Assembly: GCA_963823035.1 (NCBI GenBank) | Contig: CAWGKG010000014.1 | Coordinates: 32,001-96,000 of the forward strand | Direction of reading: 5' to 3' | From: an uncultured Gemmatimonadales bacterium | GTDB lineage: Bacteria; Gemmatimonadota; Gemmatimonadetes; Longimicrobiales; Gaopeijiaceae | DNA: 64,000 nucleotides | Shown here: piece after piece, positions 13,138 through 21,377 of the stretch | How the letters are laid out: each line of letters begins with the position of its first letter | How positions within the stretch are numbered: position 1 is the first letter of the stretch | Translations under genes and position numbers: made by a program | The notes under the pieces: model-generated | The model's input: only the letters and a program-made list of their open reading frames with translations | Databases searched by the model: none | What the model was told of the DNA's origin: nothing

Positions 13138-14352
13138 TCAAACGCGCTCCACCGAGAGCGCCACGGCGTTTCCGCCGCCCAGACACAGCGTCGCGAGGCC
13201 CGTCCCGGCGCCGCGCTGCTCCATCGCGTTCAGGAGGGTGATCAGGATGCGGGCGCCCGACGCGCCGATCGGGTGGCCGAGGGCGACCGCACCGCCGTTC
13301 ACGTTCACCCGGGCCTCGTCCATGCCCAAGGCGCGCATGTCCGCGATGGCCTGCACGGCGAACGCCTCGTTCACCTCGAAGAGCTCGTAGTCGCCGATCG
13401 CCTTCCCCTCGCGCTTCATGAGCCGCTGCACGGCGTCGATGGGCGCGAAGAAGAGGTCCTTCGGCTCCGTGGCTCCCGATGCGTACGCACCGATGATCGC
13501 GTCGATGGGGAGCCCGTTCGCCTCGGCGTACTCCTGCGAGGCCACCACCACCGCGGCGGCTCCGTCGTTCAGGCCGGGGGCGTTGCCGGCGGTCACCACG
13601 TACTGCGGCAGCCCGGCCGGGGCGTCCTTCACGAAGGCCGGCTTGAGCTTCGCCAGCGCCTCGATCGAAGTGTCGGCGCGCGGGCCCTCGTCGGTGTCCA
13701 CCACCGTCGTGCCCTTCCGCCCGGCGATCTCGACGGGAACGATCTCGCTGTGGAAACGCCCCTCCTGGATGGCCGCGACGGCCTTCTGGTGCGACCGCAG
13801 GGAGAAGGCGTCCGCATCCTCGCGGCTGACGCCGGCCTTGTCGGCCGTGTACTCCGCGTGGCCGCCCATGTGGCAGTTCCCGAACGAGCACCACAGCCCG
13901 TCGTAGATCAGCCCGTCCTGGACCGTCTGGTCGCCGAACTTCACGCCTCCGCGCATCCCGCGCAGGTAGTACGGCACGTTGGACATCGACTCCATCCCGC
14001 CGGCCACCACCAGGCGGGCGTCGCCGGCCCGGATGGCCTGCGCCGCCAGCATGACGGCCTTGAGGCCCGACCCGCACACCTTGTTGACGGTGAGCGCCGG
14101 GATGGTGGCCGGAAGCCCGCCGTTCACCGCCGCCTGCCGGGCGGGCGCCTGGCCCGCACCGGCGCCGACCACGTTGCCCATGATGACCTCGTCCACGTCG
14201 CCGCCGTCGATCCCGGCGCGGTCGACCGCGGCGCGCACGACGATGGCTCCGAGGGCGGGAGCGGTCAGGGGGCTGAGGCCTCCGAGGAAGCGCCCGATCG
14301 CGGTACGGGCCCCTCCCTTGAGGATCACGGCGGTCCTGGACTTATCGGTCAT
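13138..14352 (-). CDS. Acetyl-CoA C-acyltransferase (thiolase)
   Basis: NKVCGSG, GMESMS, NEAFA, GHPIGASG and CLGGG motifs. Confidence 0.96.
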   Translation of the reverse strand: MTDKSRTAVILKGGARTAIGRFLGGLSPLTAPALGAIVVRAAVDRAGIDGGDVDEVIMGNVVGAGAGQAPARQAAVNGGLPATIPALTVNKVCGSGLKAVMLAAQAIRAGDARLVVAGGMESMSNVPYYLRGMRGGVKFGDQTVQDGLIYDGLWCSFGNCHMGGHAEYTADKAGVSREDADAFSLRSHQKAVAAIQEGRFHSEIVPVEIAGRKGTTVVDTDEGPRADTSIEALAKLKPAFVKDAPAGLPQYVVTAGNAPGLNDGAAAVVVASQEYAEANGLPIDAIIGAYASGATEPKDLFFAPIDAVQRLMKREGKAIGDYELFEVNEAFAVQAIADMRALGMDEARVNVNGGAVALGHPIGASGARILITLLNAMEQRGAGTGLATLCLGGGNAVALSVERV

Positions 14353-14423
14353 GGGTTCGGCTCTCGGATTGTCACTGCGGGCGGGTGCTGGAAACGTGTG
14401 CTGGCGGGGATTCCAGCCCCTAC

Positions 14424-14452
14424 AAGATAGGGGAAAAAGGGGGTGCGGTCAC
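14424..14452 (-). promoter_or_regulatory. Putative sigma70-type promoter for the thiolase operon
   Basis: Minus strand GTGACC-N17-TATCTT in an AT-richer intergenic gap. Confidence 0.45.
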
Positions 14453-14497
14453 CCGAAAAGACGGAGGCGGCCACGTGGGGTGCGGTCGGGGCCCCGC

Positions 14498-15388
14498 TCA
14501 TCGGTCCGCGAGCGCGGGACGGTCGGAATCGGGATCGAGTCGCCCCCACGGCACGGAGGCGTCGTGCTGGAAGATCAGCAGCCACGCCTCGGCGCGGGCG
14601 CGCCGCCAGAGGGCCCGCTTGGATTCCAGCGTGACCAGAGGCTCGAGGTCGTAGCCCATGATCCACGGGAGCGGGACGTGGGCCGCCGTCGGACAGACGT
14701 CCGCGAGGAAGCAGGCGACCTCCCCGTCGCTCTCGATCAGGACGGAGTGGTGCCAGGGGGTGTGGCCCGGCGTGTGCACCACACGCACCCCTTCGGTGAC
14801 GGACGCGTCGCCCTCGACGGGGTCCCACAGGCCGGCGTCGGCGACCGGGTCGATGTTGTGCAGGAGGTAGCTCGCGCGGATGCGCTCGTTCTGCGAGTGG
14901 GCGAAGTCGAGCTCCCCCTTCTGCACCACGTGCCGGGCACGGGGGAAGGAGGGCACGATCCGGCCGTCCGGGAGCAGGCGGGTGTCCCCACCCGCGTGGT
15001 CGAAGTGCAGGTGCGTGTTCAAGACGATGTCGACGTCGTCCGGCTGGAAGCCCGCAGCCCGTATCGCGTCCTCCAGGCGCGTGGGATCGCCCGCGTTGGC
15101 GACGCCGAAGGTGTCGCGGAACTTCGGGTCCTCCTTGTTGCCGATGCCCGTGTCCACGAGCACGAGCGCGCCGGGTGCCTCGATCAGGAGGCAGCGCAGA
15201 GCCAGCGGGATGCGGTTGCGCTCGTCGGCGGGGATGCGCCGCTGCCAGAGTGGCTTCGGCACCACGCCGAACATCGCGCCGCCGTCCAGCCACGCCAGGC
15301 CGGCCTCGAGCGCGTGCACGCGGATGCGCCCGACCCGCTCGGAGCGGACGAGCGGGAGGTCGTCGGCCGAAGTCGGGAGCGGGGTCAC
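14498..15388 (-). CDS. MBL-fold metallo-hydrolase (YtnP/lactonase-like)
   Basis: LDGGAMFGVVPKPLW, THLHFDHAGG, TPGHTPWH and GYDLEP motifs; GTG overlaps the upstream stop. Confidence 0.92.
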   Translation of the reverse strand: MTPLPTSADDLPLVRSERVGRIRVHALEAGLAWLDGGAMFGVVPKPLWQRRIPADERNRIPLALRCLLIEAPGALVLVDTGIGNKEDPKFRDTFGVANAGDPTRLEDAIRAAGFQPDDVDIVLNTHLHFDHAGGDTRLLPDGRIVPSFPRARHVVQKGELDFAHSQNERIRASYLLHNIDPVADAGLWDPVEGDASVTEGVRVVHTPGHTPWHHSVLIESDGEVACFLADVCPTAAHVPLPWIMGYDLEPLVTLESKRALWRRARAEAWLLIFQHDASVPWGRLDPDSDRPALADR

Positions 15389-16263
15389 GACGCCTCCTTC
15401 TCGGCCCGCGAGGGCCCGTCCCCGGAGAGGGGTAGCGTCGTCTGGCGCGGATCGCGGCGGCCGCGCCGTCGGCTTCGCCGCCGGAGATACCACTCGAGGG
15501 AGGCGACGTCGTCCAGTCCCCGCCCGCGGGCCTCGTCGAGGAGGCGGAGGAGGACCCGGGCGGTCGCCAGCGCGTCGCCGTACGCCCTGTGGCGCCCGTG
15601 GATGTCGACGCCGAAGTGGCGGCTCACGACGTCGAGGTTCCGGTGGCGCAAGCCGGGCACAAGGCGGCGCACCATGCGCACCGTGCACATGCGCACGAGC
15701 TGCGGGGCGTCGCCCAGCGCACGCGTGAGCTCCGTGGACACGAACGCCCAGTCGAAGGCGACGTTGTGCGCCACGAACACCCTTCCCTCCAGGCGGCTCC
15801 GCACCTCGTCCGCGACGTGGTCGAACCAGGGCGCCTGCGCGACCATCTCGTTCGTGATCCCGGTCAGCGCGACGACGCCCGGCGGGATGCGACGACCGGG
15901 GTTCAGGAGCGTCTGGTACTCGTCGACGATGCGGCCGCCCCGCACCTCGACGATCGCGATCTCCGTCATGCGGTGGCCCCAGTCCTGGCCCCCCCCGGTG
16001 GTCTCGACGTCGACCACGGCGAAGCCGACCTCGTCGAGCGAGCGGCCCAGGGGCGCGAGGTCGGGGTCGAGGCTCCAGACGCCGTCTGCGTCGACGCGGA
16101 AGCGACGGTCGGCACCCAGGAGCTGGAAGATGGCCGCCGAGGCGGCGCCCGGATGGCCGCTCAGTCCGAGGACGTCGCGCGCCAACTCCAGCGTGTGAAC
16201 CGGTCCAGCGATGAGCCGCTTCTCGGCGGCACGGACCAGAGAGCCGGACCCGCCTCCCGTCAC
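15385..16263 (-). CDS. DEDDh 3'-5' exonuclease (DnaQ/PolC-exo-like) with N-terminal extension
   Basis: VVDVETTG (ExoI), VAHNVAFD (ExoII), HRAYGDA (ExoIII); GTGA overlap with the rex stop. Confidence 0.9.
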   Translation of the reverse strand: MTGGGSGSLVRAAEKRLIAGPVHTLELARDVLGLSGHPGAASAAIFQLLGADRRFRVDADGVWSLDPDLAPLGRSLDEVGFAVVDVETTGGGQDWGHRMTEIAIVEVRGGRIVDEYQTLLNPGRRIPPGVVALTGITNEMVAQAPWFDHVADEVRSRLEGRVFVAHNVAFDWAFVSTELTRALGDAPQLVRMCTVRMVRRLVPGLRHRNLDVVSRHFGVDIHGRHRAYGDALATARVLLRLLDEARGRGLDDVASLEWYLRRRSRRRGRRDPRQTTLPLSGDGPSRAEKEAS

Positions 16264-16910
16264 ACCGACGTCTCGGCGCCTTGCGTGATGGCGAAGGAGA
16301 GCGCCTCCAACTCCATGACGAGGTTCACGTCGGCGACGGCGACGTCGGGCGGCACGCGCAGCTGCACGGCGGCGAAGTTCATCAGGCCGCGGGCGCCCGC
16401 GGCGACGGCGCGGTCCGCGAGGTACTGGGCGGCCTCGGGGGGCACGGCGAGCACCACGAGGCTCACGCCGAGCGTGCGGATGACCTCTTCGAGGTCCTGC
16501 GCGGGGCGGATGGGTACCTCCCCCCAGCACCGCCCGATCTTCTCCGGGTCGGTGTCCAGGATGGCCACGCAGTCATAGCCCCGGGCGGCGAAGTTCGGAT
16601 ACTCGAAGAGCGCGGAGCCGATTCGGCCGGCGCCGACGAGCGCCACCCGCCAGCGCACGTCCACGCCGAGGATGTGCCGGAGGCTCCTCGCCAGTTCGGG
16701 AACACGATAGCCCAGCCCGCGCTTTCCGAACGACCCGAACTGCGAAAGGTCCTTGCGGACGTGCGCGGCCGTAGTGCCTCCACGCTCCGCGAGCTCCTCG
16801 CTCGAGACCGTGGAAACGCCGTCGCCCTCCATCTTCTCCAGAGCGCGGAGGTAGTGGGAGAGCCTTCGGATCGTGGATTCTGAGACGCGGCGAGGCACGG
16901 CAAAGCTCAT
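16260..16910 (-). CDS. rex: Redox-sensing transcriptional repressor Rex
   Basis: TIRRLSHYLR, VSSEELA, VRKDLSQFGSFGKRGLGY, VGAGRIGSAL and NFA motifs. Confidence 0.97.
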   Translation of the reverse strand: MSFAVPRRVSESTIRRLSHYLRALEKMEGDGVSTVSSEELAERGGTTAAHVRKDLSQFGSFGKRGLGYRVPELARSLRHILGVDVRWRVALVGAGRIGSALFEYPNFAARGYDCVAILDTDPEKIGRCWGEVPIRPAQDLEEVIRTLGVSLVVLAVPPEAAQYLADRAVAAGARGLMNFAAVQLRVPPDVAVADVNLVMELEALSFAITQGAETSV

Positions 16911-16943
16911 ACGTTCTGGCCGGGGTCCCCCGGTCAGCAGGGC

Positions 16944-16961
16944 TTGTGAAAAGCTTCACAA
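16944..16961. promoter_or_regulatory. Rex operator (perfect palindrome)
   Basis: TTGTGAA-AAGC-TTCACAA equals the Rex consensus TTGTGAA-N4-TTCACAA, 33 bp upstream of the rex ATG. Confidence 0.93.
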
Positions 16962-16989
16962 TCATAGGCCGCACGCTGGGTCACGGCAA
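16961..16989 (-). promoter_or_regulatory. Putative sigma70 promoter of rex
   Basis: Minus strand TTGCCG-N17-TATGAT; the last T of the -10 is the first base of the Rex operator. Confidence 0.7.
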
Positions 16990-17791
16990 TGCGTCGGCGA
17001 GGCGCACGAAGGACATCCGGGGCGAGGCGCTCGGGGCGGTCCGTGGGATCGATGCCCATGCCCCGCAACACGTCCGCGATCGTGTCGGGTGGCACGCGCA
17101 ACTCCGGGTGGTCGCGCAGGATCTTGCCAAGCTGCTTCCGCCGCCACTGGAAGGCGGCGCGCACCAGCCGGCGCAGACGTGCCTCCTGCTCGGGCGTGAG
17201 AGGCTCAGGAGCGATCGGCTCGATGCGCACGACCGCGGAATCCACGCGCGGCACCGGCCGGAACGCCTTGCGGCCCACGCGGAAGAGCCGCTCGGCGCGC
17301 GCGACGCTGCGCACACCGACGGCCAGGGCGCCGTAGGCGGAGGTCCCTTCCGACGCCACGATGCGGTCAGCCACCTCCTCCTGGACCATCAGCACGATCA
17401 CGCGCGGCCGGGGTCGCTCGAGCAGCCGGAAGAGGATCGGCGTCGTGATGTTGTAGGGGATGTTGCCCACGACGCGCAGCGCGTCCGGACGGCGGACGTG
17501 CTCCTCGAGCGACACGTTCAGCACATCCGCGTGCACCACCTCCACGTCGTCGCGGCCGGCGTATTCGTCCGCGAGACTGGCGGCGAGGTCGTCGTCGAGC
17601 TCCACGAGCACCAGACGGCCGACCTTTCCCACGAGGTGCCGGGTGAGGGCGCCGCGCCCCGGGCCGATCTCCATCACCTCGTCCTCCGGGCCGGCGCCCA
17701 CCGCCGCGACGATCTTGCGCTGGAGGTTGCGGTCGACGAGGAAGTTCTGGCCGAGCGAGCGCTTGGCCCGATGGCGGGGAGGACCGCCCAT
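16981..17791 (-). CDS. rsmA: 16S rRNA dimethyladenosine transferase (frameshift ~17010)
   Basis: KRSLGQNFL, EIGPGRGALT, GNIPYNITTP, MVQEEVADR and FRPVPRVDSAV motifs; true tail FVRLADALP* is in another frame. Confidence 0.95.
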
Positions 17792-17799
17792 ACGCTCCT

Positions 17800-19387
17800 T
17801 CAGGGGGTACGCACGACGAGCGCGGTGCGGTCGTCGCCGCGGATGGGCGGATCGGCCGCGATGGTGAGGTCGAAGAGCTCGTCCACGATGAGGCGCACCG
17901 GGCTCTCCCGGAGCGCGAGGACGGTCTCGAGGACACGTTGCTCCCCGTCCCCCCGGCCCTTGGAGGCGAGCACGTCCGAGAGCCCGTCCGTGAAGAGGAG
18001 GAGGAGGTCCTCGCCGGGCTCCCACGGCACCTCCACCTCGCCGAAAGCGTCCGGCCCGGCGAAGCCGACCGGTGGATCCGTGGCCGTCAGTCGGACCGGA
18101 GCCTCGTCCCGGTGCAGGACGAAGGCGTGCGGATGCCCCGCGTTGGAGTAGACGAGGCGCTTGCGGGCCGGGTCGAGGACGCCGTAGAAGACGGTGAGGA
18201 ACATCTCCGTGGTCTCGAGCTCCTCGGCCAGCGCATCGTCGAGTCCACGCAGCACCTTGGCGGGGGAGTCGTGCTCTCGCGCGTAGATCCCGGCCGCGCT
18301 CATCGACAGCGTCATGATGAGCGCGGAGGGAAAGCCGTGCAGCGACACGTCGCCGAGCATCACCCCCACCTTCCCCTCGGAGAGGCGGAAGAGCTGGTAG
18401 AAGTCGCCCCCGACCTGCTCGGCGGGAGACACGCGCGCCGCGGCCTCCGCCCCGGTGAAGCGCTCGGCCACGGGGAGGAGCTTCTGCTGGAGGTCGTGGG
18501 CCAGCTCCATCTCCCGGCCCATCCGCTCCTTGGACACGCTCTCCTCGTGAAGGCGCTTGTTCTCGAGCGCCGAGCCGACCTGCGAGGCGATCGCAGCCAG
18601 GAGCTTCTGGTCCGCGGCCGTGTAGCGCTCGTCCGCACGCCGTCCGATCAGGTTCATCACGCCGAGCGTGCGGGCCTCCCCCGAAGGCGGCGTGTACCGG
18701 ATCGGCACCGAGAGGAAGGAGTCGCCACGCTGGCCGCGCTCCCGCTCATCGGGCGTGGGCGCGCGCGAGGCGATCACCGCGCGCTGCTCCCGGAACACCA
18801 ACGACGTGACCGCGTCCGGGTCGTCCACGGGGATGGGACCGTCGATGCCCTCGCCCCCGACGGCAGCCGTCAGGTGCAGGCTCTCGTCGTCGTCGTGGTA
18901 GAGCCAGAGGGAGCCCCGCCTGGAGCCCATCACGTCGCACACCTCGCGCAGGATCACGCGGGCGGCGTCGTCCATGTGCAGGATCGAGCCCAGCGTCTCG
19001 CTGATGGAGTAGAGGAGGTGGATCTCCTCGTACCTCTCGGAGAGCTCGACCGTGAAGAAGCGCATCTCGCGCGCCGTCTCGTAGCCGCGCTCGATCGAGC
19101 GGGCCAGCACGGTCGCGACGGCGTCGACGGTGTCGTCGCGCGAGCAGGAGATCTCGAGGTCGAAGGGCTCGGCGGCGCGGGGCGTGACCGGCACGCGCGT
19201 GCACGCATCACCGTTCCCGTCGGCGCGGACGCCCTCGGTGCGGTAGAGGATCCGGGGGGCGGCACCCGGCTCGGATGGGAGGGGCGACGAGCCTGAGCTC
19301 GAGGTCGAACGCCTTCTCGAAATCCCGCAGGGTCCGCTGAACCGGATCCGGCACCGTCCCGGGGACGAGCCGATCCGGGCTCATCAT
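17800..19387 (-). CDS. GAF domain + PP2C/SpoIIE serine phosphatase (RsbU-like; probable frameshift ~19285)
   Basis: GAF region followed by VGGDFY, GDVSLHG, YSNAGHP, LFTDGL and DDRT motifs; ATG overlaps the anti-sigma stop. Confidence 0.9.
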
Positions 19388-19869
19388 GCCTGAGCGCCAC
19401 CTTCCAGTGCAGGGGTCGCCGTTCCCAGACGGAGTACGAGCGTGACCTCGTTGCCACGGTCGTTGAACGAGACTTCGTCGAGTAGCTGCCGCATCAGGAA
19501 GAGCCCACGCCCGCCGGCCTTGACGAGGTTCTCGGGGGTCGTGGGATCCGGCACGGCCGCAGGGTCGAAGCCGGTTCCCTGATCCGTGACGCGTGCCTTG
19601 ATCTCACCCTGGGCGAGGGTCACCTCGACGCGCACGCGCTTGGTCGGGTCGTGCCCGTTCCCGTACATCATCGCGTTGGAGAGCGCTTCGGTGAGGCCGA
19701 CCCGGAAGTTCAGGCGGAGTCGGTGCGCCTCGCGGTCACATGCCTGACAACGTCGGACGACGTATTCGACGGCATGTTCGATGGATCGGACGTCTGTTGG
19801 CAACTCGAGGACGAGATCGTTCTCCATACGGCTCCCGAGGTTCACGAGACGCGCTTCGGCGATGGGCAT
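19384..19869 (-). CDS. Anti-sigma factor / Ser kinase (RsbW/SpoIIAB-like HATPase); start could be 19827
   Basis: EALSNAMMYG, DQGTGFDP and GGRGLFLMRQLLDEV motifs. Confidence 0.9.
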   Translation of the reverse strand: MPIAEARLVNLGSRMENDLVLELPTDVRSIEHAVEYVVRRCQACDREAHRLRLNFRVGLTEALSNAMMYGNGHDPTKRVRVEVTLAQGEIKARVTDQGTGFDPAAVPDPTTPENLVKAGGRGLFLMRQLLDEVSFNDRGNEVTLVLRLGTATPALEGGAQA

Positions 19870-19876
19870 CGAGGGC

Positions 19877-20209
19877 TCAGAACCCCTCGAGCGCTTGCTC
19901 CTTCGTATCCGTGATCCTGAACAGCGTATCGAGCTTGGTCAGCTCGAACAGGGTCCTCAGATCCTCGTTCAGGCTGGAGAGGCGGAGCTCCCCGCCCTGC
20001 TCGCGGATCTTCTTCGAGAGGCTCACCAGGACCCCCAACCCCGAAGAATCGATATAGCCGGTGTTGGAGAAGTCGATGACGAACTTGCGGTCGCCACCTT
20101 CCAGGTGCTCCAGCACCTTCTGTTTGAGCTCCTGCCGGTTCCCGACGATGAGCTGCCCTTCGACCTCGACGAGTGTGACGCCGCCGTTCCGCGACACCTG
20201 AAAGCCCAT
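19877..20209 (-). CDS. STAS-domain anti-sigma factor antagonist (RsbV/SpoIIAA-like)
   Basis: IDFSNTGYIDSSGLGVLV with the phospho-acceptor Ser; LFELTKLD. Confidence 0.93.
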   Translation of the reverse strand: MGFQVSRNGGVTLVEVEGQLIVGNRQELKQKVLEHLEGGDRKFVIDFSNTGYIDSSGLGVLVSLSKKIREQGGELRLSSLNEDLRTLFELTKLDTLFRITDTKEQALEGF

Positions 20210-20292
20210 GGATTCGTTGCTCCCGTGGATCGGATTCGGGTGCGGGTGCCGCGCTCGCAGGCATGCGACATCCCAGCCGGGACAGCCTGTTA

Positions 20293-20322
20293 ATGATAAG
20301 CGGGGAACAAATGTCTGGGCAA
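20293..20322 (-). promoter_or_regulatory. Putative sigma70 promoter for the STAS/anti-sigma/PP2C/rsmA unit
   Basis: Minus strand TTGCCC-N18-TATCAT in an AT-rich gap. Confidence 0.5.
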
Positions 20323-20352
20323 GCGCCCATCCCCCCCGGACCGCACGGAACG

Positions 20353-20853
20353 TCAGCGGCCCAGCTTTTCGTTCAACCTCAAAGCAACCACGGGGGACAC
20401 GAAGCGTGCGACGTCGCCCCCGAGGCTCGCGACCTCACGCACGAGCGAGGAGGAGAGGAAGGAGTAGTCCACCTCGGGTGCCAGGAAGACGGATTCGAGC
20501 TCCGGCCAGAGCTCCCGGTTCATCTGCGCCATCTGCAACTCGTACTCGAAATCCGATACGGCGCGCAGGCCGCGGATGACCAGGTGTGCGCCCCGGGAGC
20601 GCGCGAAATCGACCAGCAACCCCTGGAACGCCAGGGCCTCGACCCGTGGCTCGTCGGCGAAGACGCTCCGGATCATTTCCACCCGCTCCTCGACCTGGAA
20701 GAGGCTCTTCTTCGACTGCGAGGAGGTGTGGGCCACCGCCATGACCAGCCGATCGGCGATGCGCAGCGTGCGCCGGGCGATGTCCTCGTGGCCTCGGGTG
20801 ATCGGGTCGAAGGAGCCCGGGTAGATGGCGACGAGGCTCTGCGTGACCGTCAT
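20353..20853 (-). CDS. coaD: Phosphopantetheine adenylyltransferase
   Basis: YPGSFDPITRGH, IRGLRAVSDFEYELQMAQMNR and SSSLVRE motifs. Confidence 0.97.
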   Translation of the reverse strand: MTVTQSLVAIYPGSFDPITRGHEDIARRTLRIADRLVMAVAHTSSQSKKSLFQVEERVEMIRSVFADEPRVEALAFQGLLVDFARSRGAHLVIRGLRAVSDFEYELQMAQMNRELWPELESVFLAPEVDYSFLSSSLVREVASLGGDVARFVSPVVALRLNEKLGR

Positions 20854-21377
20854 GTTGGCGCCAGGATGAGGGTGAGGGCGCTGTCCCCGTAGCGACGCGT
20901 GCGATCGTCGGGACCGGAGGGGAGCGATTCACGCGAAGGATGCTCGACCCACAGCTCGCGCGCAAACGGCCGCGCGAGAAAGGCTTCGACGAGTCGGGCC
21001 GCGTCACCGGTGCCGTAGGGTGGGTCCGCCAGCGCCACGTCGAAGCCTTCCGCCTCCTCGCGGCGCAGCCAGCGGAAGACATCGTTCGCTACCACGCGGG
21101 TCCGGTCGCGCGCGTCGAGGAGGGCGATGTTCTCCTCCAGGATCGTCAACGACGCCCGGGCACGCTCGACGAAGACGACGCGGTCCGCGCCCCGACTCAG
21201 CGTCTCCAGGCCGAGCGCGCCCGAGCCGGCGAAGAGGTCGAGGACGGCGAGGCCGTCCATCCGCCCGCCCATCGCCGACATCCACGCCTCGCGGACGCGG
21301 TCCGTGGTGGGGCGGATCCCCCGACCCCTGAGCGCCTTCAGGCGTCGGCCTCGCCACGAGCCGCCGATGATCCTCAC
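20850..21377 (-). CDS. rsmD: 16S rRNA (guanine966-N2)-methyltransferase
   Basis: RIIGGSWRGRRL, RPTTDRVREA, LDLFAGSGALGLE and DPPY motifs; rsmD-coaD synteny. Confidence 0.95.
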   Translation of the reverse strand: MRIIGGSWRGRRLKALRGRGIRPTTDRVREAWMSAMGGRMDGLAVLDLFAGSGALGLETLSRGADRVVFVERARASLTILEENIALLDARDRTRVVANDVFRWLRREEAEGFDVALADPPYGTGDAARLVEAFLARPFARELWVEHPSRESLPSGPDDRTRRYGDSALTLILAPT

